Of a DNA stretch of 64,000 bases, positions 37,401 through 47,603 are shown in pieces. A program made the position numbers and the translations under genes. Position 1 is the stretch's first letter; each line of letters opens with the position of its first letter. Below the pieces are notes generated by a model. The model was given only the letters and a program-made list of their open reading frames with translations. It was not told the origin of the DNA and made no database searches. The stretch is from Macrostomum hystrix (lineage: Eukaryota; Animalia; Platyhelminthes): positions 4,154,001 to 4,218,000 of the forward strand of contig CATNEN010000034.1 of assembly GCA_950097015.1 (NCBI GenBank), given 5' to 3'.

Positions 37401-38810
37401 TGACAGAGCGGAGAGTTATAGACATGGGACAAAGTGACAGACACATTAGAGAGTGACAGACGGAAGAGTGTGACACGCAGGGGAGAGTGTGATTGACATG
37501 AGAGTGACAGACGGAGGAGATAAAGGGTTACTGACGAAGAAAGTGGACTATTGATAAAATGACAGTGCATTAGTCCACAGATAATTGTGATATTACTAAT
37601 ACACAATAAAATAAGTGTTTGCTGTCAGTTGTGTAAAAAACTAATTAACCAGTAAGCACAGCCCCCATCATCACCTCCTGCCGCAATTGACGCTGAAAGT
37701 TGAGCAGGCGCAGAGCTCTCAGTTCGATCTGCAGTCGGGTGCGAGACTCTTCGCTAACATTGGCAGACAACTGTTCCAACTCGGCTATGCGGCTAACAAT
37801 GCGACTCTGCATGCGCAACTCGCGTTCTTTGAGTAGCTCAGCCGGGTCTAAGCCTGGTGGGCGTTCGGTTGGAACCAGACTGTGGATAATAGGAAGCTGC
37901 TGCTGCTGCTGTTGCTGTGAATTCACAATGGGAGTAGACTGCAGAGTGGGTTGCGTCAAAGGCTGTTGCTGTTGAACAGTCGGCATCGGATGCATTGACT
38001 GAATTATAGTCGGCTGCTGCTGCTGCTGCTGCTGCGGCTGATGCTGGGACAGAGACAGGTGATGTTGAATTTGCACTGGCTGGTGCTGCAGCAGAGGCAG
38101 AGGCAGAGGCATTGTAACGGGTAGGTGAGTTGGCCCGACGGCTGCCGATGTAGCCTGTTGAACAACCGTAACCTTGATTGGGATTTGGGAAGATTTTTGT
38201 GATCATCGAAATCTATATTTTTCCGCTTTGCTGGTACCCATTTAACAGCTGGGTGAGCTATAGAAGCAATACCAAGTTAAGCGTCTTGTTAAAGGACAAA
38301 CTGTTCCCGCGGATTTTGGAATCGAACCCCCGACCTTCAAGTCGTGAGTCCGACGCTCCAACCACTAGGCTACAACCCCCCAATCATGTGCCATTATCAG
38401 CCGTGTGATTGTGAGTATCCAATCTTATCATAAAGCTTGATCTTCACCTTTGGAAGCGCAGGCATTGACATGGATACAGCGGCTGGCTGCACAGCTGCCT
38501 GTAAGCCGCCAGACAATGCAACAACGGCTGTGCCGGGCAGGGCGGTTGCTACCACATCAGAAACGACTGTAGCCACCTGAGTCTGCTGGACCTGGCCAGT
38601 CTGAGCCATCAGCAGCTGAGCAATGTTATCCGGCACTGGCCTAGTGAGCGAAGTGCCCATGGCCTGGGAGCGCAGCTGCTCAGGTATTGGCTGATTCTTG
38701 CTCAAACTTTTGTAGGCATTGATCTGGGCCCGCAGCTGGGATAATTGGGCTGGGGAGAATGGCGAACCATCTGGCTGTTGGTTTCCAGGCTGAGGCGCTA
38801 TAGCAGCCAT
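25444..38810 (-). CDS. brm: Brahma / SMARCA2-SMARCA4 SWI/SNF chromatin-remodelling ATPase; exons 38810-38448, 38154-37675, 36973-36416, 34985-34373, 33677-33097, 32074-31823, 30795-30441, 29585-29125, 27365(alternative tandem acceptors)-26798, 26000-25444
   Basis: Phase-consistent GT-AG junctions. Domain order: QLQ ([19 protein letters not shown]), [23 protein letters not shown] (WLADHPGW), SNF2_N ([14 protein letters not shown]), helicase C ([11 protein letters not shown]), SnAC ([16 protein letters not shown]), bromodomain ([14 protein letters not shown]...NARTYN), acidic tail, TAG stop. The start codon and the exon 9 acceptor are less certain. Confidence 0.96.
26150..26745. repeat. ~21-bp repeat (ggatagggaagaggatgaatc)n in brahma intron 9
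   Basis: Read directly. Confidence 0.9.
27430..28286. repeat. 20-bp minisatellite (gaaggtaggctgaaggatgg)n, about 43 units, brahma intron 8
   Basis: Read directly. Confidence 0.95.
28287..29095. repeat. 20-bp/40-bp dimeric minisatellite (gaagggtagcaggataaggt/gaagggtaagaggacagtgt) in brahma intron 8
   Basis: Read directly; alternating variants. Confidence 0.9.
29592..30350. repeat. 16-bp minisatellite (tgattgattgggtgaa)n grading into 32-bp dimers, brahma intron 7
   Basis: Read directly. Confidence 0.9.
30935..31783. repeat. ~22-bp repeat (ctgtttaccctcttctcttat) grading into a 66-bp higher-order repeat, brahma intron 6
   Basis: Read directly; 22-aa periodicity in ORF 31143-31751. Confidence 0.9.
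32121..32445 (-). mobile_element. SINE family B, diverged near-full-length copy, brahma intron 5
   Basis: Aligns along its length with 32570-32918 (ggaggttggccctcaagggcgt...acgacaagcccc). Confidence 0.8.
32490..33078. repeat. Short ~26-bp repeat (tgactaattacacacctgaga..) split by the SINE B insertion
   Basis: Copies on both sides of 32570-32918. Confidence 0.75.
32570..32918 (-). mobile_element. SINE family B, full-length tRNA-derived SINE with 13-bp TSD
   Basis: Minus-strand head GGGGTGAGTGGCAGAGCGGTT (A box)...GTTCGATTCC (B box); (TTA)n tail; TSD cacacctgatatt at 32557-32569 and 32919-32931. Confidence 0.9.
33770..34120. repeat. 32-bp minisatellite (gtaggtaagacaggtgggataaatagccgcaa)n, brahma intron 4
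   Basis: Read directly. Confidence 0.92.
34136..34301 (-). mobile_element. SINE family A, 5' part with internal deletion, brahma intron 4
   Basis: Minus strand: gtagcctagttgtaaagcgtcggactc...ggttcgattcc (A/B boxes), then gtgtccttcagcaagtcacttaactct resembling the CORE-SINE domain. Confidence 0.8.
35005..35660. repeat. 29-bp minisatellite (ggggattagagactaggattatagatgct)n, brahma intron 3
   Basis: Read directly. Confidence 0.95.
35667..36298. repeat. 28-bp minisatellite (gggattaggggctaggatcaaagacact)n, brahma intron 3
   Basis: Read directly; related to the adjacent 29-bp unit. Confidence 0.92.
37085..37520. repeat. 19-bp minisatellite (acagccatgggagagagtg)n, brahma intron 2
   Basis: Read directly. 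Confidence 0.88.
38229..38376 (-). mobile_element. SINE family A, 5' half, brahma intron 1
   Basis: tRNA-like head gtagcctagtggttggagcgtcggactcacgacttgaaggtcgggggttcgattcc and ccagctgttaaatgggtaccagc core on the minus strand. Confidence 0.82.
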
Positions 38811-38896
38811 GATGCCAGCTGCAAGGTAGAAACAATGCTTGTATAAGGCATAACAAATAGCTTTATCATGTAATGGCATGTAATTATTTGAGCTTG

Positions 38897-39190
38897 AATA
38901 ATATATTATAATTATCAAGAGTGCTGCATACAATGGCACACCATTTGGTGACACTAGATCCACAGCCATCAAGGAGGCAATTCTGCCCATTCCGCTGACT
39001 CCTAAGCACACATGCACAGATACTGTATGCAGGCACACACACAGGTGTGCACATCTGCCCTGGCAGTGTACACTCTCACTATGCCTTGGAAGTTGGCATA
39101 TAATGCCAATGAATTTGGCATCACTGCAGAATTGTACACATGGACCTTGGTGTGAGTGACTAATGCCTTGACCACTTTGCCACTCACTCC
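38897..39190 (-). mobile_element. SINE family B, CpG-decayed copy upstream of the brahma start exon
   Basis: Aligns to 32570-32918 with most CpGs changed to TpG/CpA and an internal deletion. Confidence 0.8.
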
Positions 39191-40502
39191 TAAGCTTTAG
39201 CCTGGCAATTAAGTTTTTTAGCTACAATAAGGGGTTCACTAGGAAAGAAATTATTAACAGACCAATGCTGGAAAAGATGCTGTAAGATTAGACCCTAGTA
39301 ACATATGGAATGTTAAATAAGCTAGCCTATTTTTTACCAAACAATGCTAGCTATGCCTAACATTAGATAGGCATATTGCACCTTCTTAGAAAGGTTACTG
39401 GACCCTTTGTCATCAGCTTTTTGTTATCTTACACTTCCATCATCAAGTTTTCAGATTGGACATTTTTTCATCTAGCCAATTGGCAAATCCTAAAGTTAGG
39501 CCTAATGTTGGGTCAGTTTGTCACCTATCAATAGAAACTATAGACTATAGTATTGACTTGATTTATAGTTGCAGATGCATACAACATAGGGAAAACTGTT
39601 CCAGTTCCAAATGTTTAAATTCATTTATTAAAATTTATTGAACTTATATTCATACTGTAAATGTAATACAGTTTGTTGGTATGATGGACTAGGGAAATCT
39701 AACTAATCTTATTAATGAAGTAGATAACAAAGAAAACGACTAGGCTACTGGTTTTTGAGATGGTTAATTTGAAACTCTAATTTCTAATTTCTAATTTCAG
39801 GCAAAGCATTAAGATAGCCATTAAGCATCAATAGGCTTGCTGGCTTAAGTTCAACATGCACCCTGCCTTACATCATATAGGTGACAAAGCTTCTCCTAAG
39901 ACTTGGTCACTATGTCATCCACCCTCTTAGACCCTGGACACTTTGTCATCCAGAGGACAAAAAGCAGATTATGAAGTATCCAGAAACCAGAAGGAACAAT
40001 AGGCCTACTGGATTATGAATTTTAATACAATAGATATAAAAGTAGGCCTACTGGGTCTAGCTAGCAATAGATAGTAGCCTAGATCGAATGGGTGCATGCG
40101 TAGCTAGCTATATGATCGAAATTCCAAATGCAAACAGAATACAGAATTTACAGATATAGACATAGAGTTGACTCCATAGTCAGGAAGGTGGAGGATTGTG
40201 TGCCAAAATAAATTTTGACTACGAAATAATGTTTTTAAAATTAATAAAGTGATTTAGGAAAGCACACTGAAAATATACAATTAAATTAAGACATTCTGCA
40301 TATATAATATCAAATATAAAACATTTCACGCAGCTTACGCTTTAAATTCTCTACTAGGGCTTCTTTAATAAGGCCCAATCCGACCAATCGCTTTATAAAA
40401 CTATTTAACAAATAAATAAATAAATGATCAAAATTGTGTTATTTTGAATCACCGCCAGAAATTCCTAAAAATTCCTTCGTAAAGTAGTAAACGTTTCACA
40501 GC

Positions 40503-40508
40503 ATAATA

Positions 40509-40539
<31 letters not shown>

Positions 40540-40590
40540 TGATTACACCTGCCCCAATCGGGCCAGATGTGCAGCCGACAGCACAACTGC
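40503..40590 (-). mobile_element. SINE family A, 3' end fragment with long (TTA)n tail
   Basis: (aat)n-tgattacacctgccccaatcgggccagatgtgcagccgacagcac matches 44090-44145. Confidence 0.8.
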
Positions 40591-41534
40591 AACAGCATAA
40601 CTGGTTGCAACACTTTGTCTTTTCAGTGAAAAAAACATAAATTCACTGTTTTATCTTTCTTTTCAATTAAAAGTGTAATTATTAGCATGAAGGAGCAAAA
40701 GAAACTAGATAGAAAATAGTAGCGTGGCAAAATTAACCATGCAGTCTCTCTTGACGCTACTTGATGTGACGTTACTTCTAGCGTTGAATTATACTATAAT
40801 TTAAACTGATGCACTAAATGGCATACAACATGTTTCGATAGTAGCGTTAAAAATAATTTATTTTATTAGCCAGAAAAAGTTCAAGAGAATGCAAGCATCC
40901 TTTCAGATGAAATGCTGGTGAACAAGTCCGTCCTGCCACCATTCTAGACTTATAATGCAGGCAGTGATTCTAAATCGTACAAATGACATTGAAAAATAAA
41001 TACTCCGATTTTTAACTTTAGTCAACAAAACAAAAATTGTTCCAACAGCTAAGAACGTGTTTGCCGTGTGTCTCAAATCACTTGCGTTGGATTTTGATCA
41101 TGTCAGCTTCTATAACAAAACATGTTGAAATACATAAAGCGTACTTTCAGAATGGTAATTACTACTGACCAGGTAATATATGCAGTATAAACTGTTCTTA
41201 GAAACAGTTGACCATTCTTTAATTCCGTTCCAACCATTCCGCTATAATCATCACCCGGATGCGATTGGCTGAGTTCCAAAAACAACCTGCCCAAGATCTC
41301 TAACATCGCCCATCGCCACTGCAGTCACTTTAAAAGCTTCTGCAGTTTGTCTGCGATCATAAAATGCATTAAATATCATTAGGGAATTGATTCTCTCTGT
41401 TCAATGTTCATTACAGAATTGCTTAGGAGATTTTTCAAATGAAAAGCTTCAGACTTTTCTGATGCATTCGGCAAAAACTTGGTGAGTTTTGTTTTTGCTT
41501 GATCTATTTTATCTATTAATAAGATTTCATCAAG

Positions 41535-41800
41535 ATTCTCATCTGTCTCATCTGTCTCATCTCTCCGTTTTCTCATCTCTCCCCAGTTTTATCTCTCCAC
41601 AGTCTCATCTCTCCCCAGTCTCATCTCTCCCTTGTCTAATCTCTCCCCTGTCTCATCTCTCTTTTGTCTAATCTCTCCCCTGTCTCATCCCTTCCGTGTC
41701 TCATCTCTCCCCTGTCTAATCTCTCCCCTGTCTCATCCCTTCCGTGTCTCATCTCTCACCTGTCTCATCTCTCACCTGTCTCATCTCTCCCCAATCCCAT
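41535..41800 (-). repeat. Degenerate inverted copies of the 16-bp unit of 42580-43147
   Basis: tgtctcatctctcacc (exact at about 41745-41790) is the reverse complement of ggtgagagatgagaca. Confidence 0.85.
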
Positions 41801-42579
41801 CTCTTCGCTGTCAATCCGACTTGCTGTTTCGTGCATTAAAGCAGAATAATTAATGAGTAAAAATATGCATATCATTCACCTGTAAGTTAATATTCAGGTA
41901 TTGGTCGGCTGGTAAGCATTACAGGGGTGGCGGGGTGCACTTTCCCCGCTGTCCATACTCAGGGAGAGAGCACTTGATTCCTATATTTATAACCTCGATG
42001 CACTTTTTAGCATGGGACACGTGCGAAATTTGTTCCTAACTTTTTGCCTTAATATGCGTAATGAAAAAAATCTACCTACATTCGAGCTGTTATCGGTCCA
42101 AAGCCATAGCATAAATTTATTCCATGAAAATGATAAGCTCCCGCGAGGAAGCTAACAGTGAGTAGTGAGTGAGTTGTTAACGCACAACAAATGTCCCAAC
42201 TTATATGGCAGAGGCGCCGTTAAGCACTTACTTTATTTTTATATTGAACTACAGGTGCAATTCAGTTTCTCATGAGATACATTCAAAAGAATGTTTAAGT
42301 AAAGATTGACATGAAAAAAAAACAAAATATCATCACTCAGGTGTGTAGTACTAGTAGTTGTCAAATTAGACTTTGACAAGTCAATACTCTTTTAAGAAAT
42401 AGATAAGTAAATGAAAGTCTACGTCTATTGTACGGTCGGAAAAAGCAGTAATTGATGCTAGGCATGCGAATGTGGAAACCGAGATATGACTGTGGGCCGG
42501 ATTTACTAAGAAAATATATTACGAGATGATGAACAGATTTGACGTTGCAGAGATCATCAGAAAGACGAGACACGGGATA

Positions 42580-43147
42580 GATGAGACAGGTGAGAGATGA
42601 GACAGGTGAGAGATGAGACAGGTGAGAGATGAGACAGGTGAGAGATGAGACAGGTGAGAGATGAGACAGGTGAGAGATGAGACAGGTGAGAGATGAGACA
42701 GGTGAGAGATGAGACAGGTGAGAGATGAGACAGGTGAGAGATGAGACAGGTGAGAGATGAGACAGGTGAGAGATGAGACAGGTGAGAGATGAGACAGGTG
42801 AGAGATGAGACAGGTGAGAGATGAGACAGGTGAGAGATGAGACAGGTGAGAGATGAGACAGGTGAGAGATGAGACAGGTGAGAGATGAGACAGGTGAGAG
42901 ATGAGACAGGTGAGAGATGAGACAGGTGAGAGATGAGACAGGTGAGAGATGAGACAGGTGAGAGATGAGACAGGTGAGAGATGAGACAGGTGAGAGATGA
43001 GACAGGTGAGAGATGAGACAGGTGAGAGATGAGACAGGTGAGAGATGGGACAGGTGAGAGATGAGACAGGTGAGAGATGAGACAGGTGAGAGATGAGACA
43101 GGTGAGAGATGAGACAGGTGAGAGATGAGACAGGTGAGAGATGAGAC
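42580..43147 (+). repeat. 16-bp minisatellite (gagatgagacaggtga)n, about 35 near-perfect units
   Basis: Read directly. Confidence 0.97.
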
Positions 43148-43536
43148 AAAGTCTGGTCAGGCCTCGTCAAAAGCCCTAGGCATTAAACAAAGCAGGTGGG
43201 AGAGGTTGCAGTCTCATAGTATGCATATTGTGATAAAACCTTGGAGTATAGTACGTACTGTATAATTTCTGGCTAAATTCTCAGCCACGAGTCTGCCAGT
43301 TGAAATGTCTAGCTTGAAGACGGTATTGATTTACTTGCAATTATTGGTCAGCATTCTCGTTACAGCATTTTGGTCAATAATTTTATTAAACAGGGCACAA
43401 AAAATCCTGCTTAAATTAATTTTTATTTTAGAGAAAATTTCGAATTGGCTTAATCACGGTTACTTGGCAACCAAGAATCATTGTCTCGATCTGAATGAAT
43501 ATAGACTCAACATTACACTTATATCTTATCTAACCA

Positions 43537-43640
43537 GTGTCTCATCTCTCCCCGTGTCTCATCTCTCCCTTTCTCATCTCTCCCCGTGTCCAATCTCACC
43601 AGTGTCCAATCTCACCAGTGTCCAATCTCACCAATCTAAC
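43537..43640 (-). repeat. Further degenerate inverted copies of the 16-bp unit
   Basis: tgtctcatctctccccg / tgtccaatctcaccag. Confidence 0.75.
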
Positions 43641-44052
43641 CAGTCAGAGACAAGCGTATTAAAATTTAGCAGCTCCGAAAAGTAAAACTTAATAATTTTA
43701 TGCCAGTACATAGGTCTGTTGGCTTTAATTTCAAAGACTTGCGGAGTTTTTGGACAATTTTGTGAGTCTAGCAAATACAAAAATTTCAGCCTCCAATTCA
43801 GGCAGTAAAACGGAGTCCAACGTAAAAATCGTTGTCTAGCTCAGCCGTATACCTATTTAATGATGACACAGAACGTGGGATAAATTGAACAGTTCCTCGC
43901 TTCTTAATGAACTCCAGCTATGTGCATGAATATATTAACATTAGTAAATAATCTTTTTGTACATTCTGTAAGCCAAGAGAATGCCCATTAGACTCTTCTC
44001 AGTAATCAAGTGTCATTCGGTAATTACTCAAATATTTCGACTTAAACCTACA

Positions 44053-44387
44053 AATAAATAATAATTAATAATAATAATATTAACAATAATAATAATAATT
44101 GATTACACTTGTCCGATTGGGCCAGATGTGCAGCCGACAGCACAGCCGCAGCTATTGCGCGGCGCATCTGAAGGCTGCGTACGGCTGATCAGTCCATGGA
44201 CTGGGGGGACGCCACACCCACCTTCAATTATTCCAGCTAATGCTGGTACCCATTTAACAGCTGGCTGAACTGAAGCAATGCGGAGATAAGTGTCTTGCTA
44301 AAGGACACATATTGTTCCAGTGGAATCAGGAATCGAACCCCCGATCTTCAAGTCGTGAATCCGACGCTCTAACAACAAGGCTACAAC
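44053..44387 (-). mobile_element. SINE family A, full-length tRNA-derived SINE with CORE-like centre and (TTA)n tail
   Basis: Head gtagccttgttgttagagcgtcggattcacgacttgaagatcgggggttcgattcc; centre gtgtcctttagcaagacacttatctcc...ccagctgttaaatgggtacc; four partial copies elsewhere in the window. Confidence 0.88.
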
Positions 44388-45806
44388 AAAAAATAAAGCT
44401 ATCTTGACGAATTTATTGTTATATCGTCATGACAACGAACAAATAACGACCAAAGTAAAATAATATGATAATGGGTGAATTCTGTTTCACTAGCAAAATC
44501 AGTGGCATAAAAGCAAATAGTCAAACACAACGCCAATCATGTAGTTCTACAAAATATGCTGTATCAATGTAAACTGAAGAATCGCAAGCTTGCACGCACA
44601 CAGTCTGTATACTTATCATTAAACATATCCAGTATGAGTTGTCTCCAGAAAATGTGTTCACATCCATATATTCTGCTTTAGTCATCCCCGGATGTGATAT
44701 GAACTAGATCCCATTGTTGACTATCGCCTCACAGGCTCACTAAACTTGTGCTAGTTCGATTTTTTTATACAAAAAGCCAACTTCTCGTCTGCCAAATCTT
44801 TTTTATAAAGATAGCTGATCACCCTAAAAAGTTGATACCTAACAAACCAGTGAGACAAGTGTGGCACTCCAATTTGGCGGAATTTGGCATTCGAAATTTC
44901 ATTGGCTGGGGTCAGTCACGTGCTTGAGTAAGAGAACTGGTTTAAATGGGGTTGCCCACACGAATTTCTAAAAATAGCAACAATTAACAGTAGGACTACC
45001 AGCCATTTTGCCACCTGCTTTTATACCAAGGGGGATTTCCTCGGCCCGAGAATTTTTTGGCAGCGCCTGAATGCTAGCAGCGTTGGGTGGTGACTGATTG
45101 GTTGACAGGCTAGGGGATGGTGTACTGTGGTTGAGCTGCGCCTAATATTTAGGCTTGATCAGTGAAATTCGCGTCAGGGTGTCCATAGTGGCCTATTTCC
45201 ACCAGTTGTAGCCCTTGAAGGTCCAGCAGTCCGTCTAGATGAAGGAAGGTGACCACAAAAGACGGAGATGATGCAGGTACATTACGGTGACATGCTGATC
45301 AATTTTGAAGGCCTGGGAAGGCCGCACTGAGGTGCAGTGCTAATTTGTGTATAGGCGATACCATTGAATATCTCGACGGTCTGAAGAGCTGGCGACTTGA
45401 TTATTGTTTCAGAAGATGCGCAACAAAAATTTGGCTCGTGTTCTTGAGTTTCGTGTGCTTGCGTTGCTCCGTTCGGGTGCAGCACAAAAAGTTGTCACGG
45501 AGGGGAATTCTCCCTTTAGTAGTTCCAATGTTGAAGCCCTCCTGGACCAATAAAAAACCCTCAGGGCGCAGATGACGTAACAAACTTAAAGCCTTTAACT
45601 CGAAATATGTTTCAAACTAATGCGGCCTATACTTGGAATCGAACTCCGGACCGTCCAACGCGCTTTTGCTTACTTCCAGAATTAAGATTAATCCTCGCCT
45701 TTACCATAGGCTCAACAAAACAACTATTTTAGAAACCGGAAACTTACGACTAATTTCAACGAACCAAGCGTATTAAAACAAAGCAAAGGCAAACACCGGA
45801 GAGCAG

Positions 45807-46805
45807 ATGTTGACACCGCAGCAGTTGAAGGACTTCGGCCTGGCCTATCGGGCCCTGCTGCTCTGCCTCGGCCTGCCCTCCAACGCCCTGGTGCTTTTGG
45901 CCATGTCTGCCAAGCGACTGCGGGGCGGCAGCGTCAGCGTCCAGCTTCGCGGCCTCGCCGCCAGCGGCTCCATCTCGCTGCTGTGCGGCCTGACGCCGGA
46001 TCTGGCCCTGCGCGCCGGTGCCCCGCCACCGCCGGCCGCCGAGGTCACCTGCCCGCTACTTTCCTTCCTGGAATACTGCAGCGGCGATGTGGCTGTCTGG
46101 ATTGTGCCCTGCCTGGCGGCAGACAGGCTGGTAGCCCTGCTGGCTCCGGCGCGGGCGGCAAGGCGCCTGGCAACCACTCGGGCGGCGCTACTGCAGCTGC
46201 TGTGCCTGACGCTGCTGGCTGCGGCCAAGAATGCGATCGTGCTGCCAGGCCGCTCGATGGTTGTTGTTCCGGCTGCTGGCAATTCAACTCGAACGCGCTG
46301 CACCTGGCGACCGGATTTTGCTCAAGCCAGGGAGATTCGCAGCTACATTGCCATGGCAACGGTTGCTGTGGCGCCCGCACTGCTTGTGCTAGTATTGAAC
46401 GCCATTTTGCTGTGGGCATTGTGCCGACGAATGCGTCGCGGACGTCGCACGGGCGTCGCGTCGTTAACGGCGGCACCTTCTACTTCGACGGCTACGGCGA
46501 CGGCTACAGCTGGAGCGTCGCCTTCGACATCGGACGCTACAGCGAAGGCGATGAGAGCCTCCATAGCAGTCACACTGGCCATCTCTTCGAGCTTCGTTGT
46601 GCTGCTGATGCCCAACTTTGCGTACTTGATTGTCAGTGGATTCATTGTGGCCACTCAGGACACCAAGGACCTCCTGTCCGAGGTATTCCAGATGATGTAC
46701 AACCTCAACCACACCGTCAACTTTCTGCTTTACATCGCCGCTTCGCCAAATTTCCGTAGCGAATTGGCCGCCATTCTGTTTTGCCGAAAGTCTGCCAGAG
46801 ACTGA
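45807..46805 (+). CDS. Orphan rhodopsin-family (class A) GPCR, 332 aa, single exon, peptide-receptor-like
   Basis: Seven hydrophobic segments; TM1 GLPSN, TM3 Cys and DRL, ECL2 Cys (RCTW), TM5 P (VAPALL), TM6 FVVLLMPN, TM7 NHTVNFLLY, helix 8 SPNFRSEL. Confidence 0.92.
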   Translation: MLTPQQLKDFGLAYRALLLCLGLPSNALVLLAMSAKRLRGGSVSVQLRGLAASGSISLLCGLTPDLALRAGAPPPPAAEVTCPLLSFLEYCSGDVAVWIVPCLAADRLVALLAPARAARRLATTRAALLQLLCLTLLAAAKNAIVLPGRSMVVVPAAGNSTRTRCTWRPDFAQAREIRSYIAMATVAVAPALLVLVLNAILLWALCRRMRRGRRTGVASLTAAPSTSTATATATAGASPSTSDATAKAMRASIAVTLAISSSFVVLLMPNFAYLIVSGFIVATQDTKDLLSEVFQMMYNLNHTVNFLLYIAASPNFRSELAAILFCRKSARD

Positions 46806-46941
46806 GGTCGATGAAGGAATCCTGAGCCCTTGGGTAGAACTGAGGACAGACTCGCAAATTAATACATGACTGCAATCTCTGAAGACGAATCTAGTAATCC
46901 CACCTCACTGAATAATAAAAATTTCACTCGCTATTATAAAC

Positions 46942-47603
46942 TGACTGTCACTCCCTCACATCATCAATCTGTCACTCCCTCACATCATCAATCTGTCACT
47001 CCCTCACATCATCAGACTGTCACTCCCTCACATCATCAGACTGTCACTCCCTCACATCATCAGACTGTCACTCCCTCACATCATCAATCTGTCACTCCCT
47101 CACATCATCAGACTGTCACTCCCTCACATCATCAGACTGTCACTCCCTCACATCATCAGACTGTCACTCCCTAACATCATCAATCTGTCACTCCCTCACA
47201 TCATCAGACTGTCACTCCCTCACATCATCAGACTGTCACTCCCTCACATCATCAATCTGTCACTCCCTCACATCATCAGACTGTCACTCCCTCACAACAT
47301 CAATCTGTCACTCCCTCACATCATCAGACTGTCACTCCCTCACATCATCAGACTGTCACTCCCTCACATCATCAGACTGTCACTCCCTCACATCATCAAT
47401 CTGTCACTCCCTCACATCATCAGACTGTCACTCCCTCACATCATCAGACTGTCACTCCCTCACATCATCAATCTGTCACTCCCTCACATCATCAGACTGT
47501 CACTCCCTCACATCATCAATCTGTCACTCCCTCACATCATCAATCTGTCACTCCCTCACATCATCAGACTGTCACTCCCTCACATCATCACTCTATCACT
47601 CCG
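46942..47603. repeat. 24-bp minisatellite (ctgtcactccctcacatcatcaga)n
   Basis: Read directly. Confidence 0.95.

Noticed and set aside
40870-40960. LEWW and TSISSER peptides on the minus strand suggesting a hAT dimerisation domain
   Set aside because: Different frames, wrong spacing, no TIRs or other transposase motifs.
44560-44740. HPGMTK...YW...C peptide on the minus strand resembling an integrase zinc finger
   Set aside because: Spacing does not fit and there is no adjacent pol sequence; too weak without an HMM search.
45845-46759. Overlapping or antisense ORFs on the GPCR, nAChR, brahma and pol genes
   Set aside because: Shadow frames of GC-rich coding sequence with no recognisable motifs.
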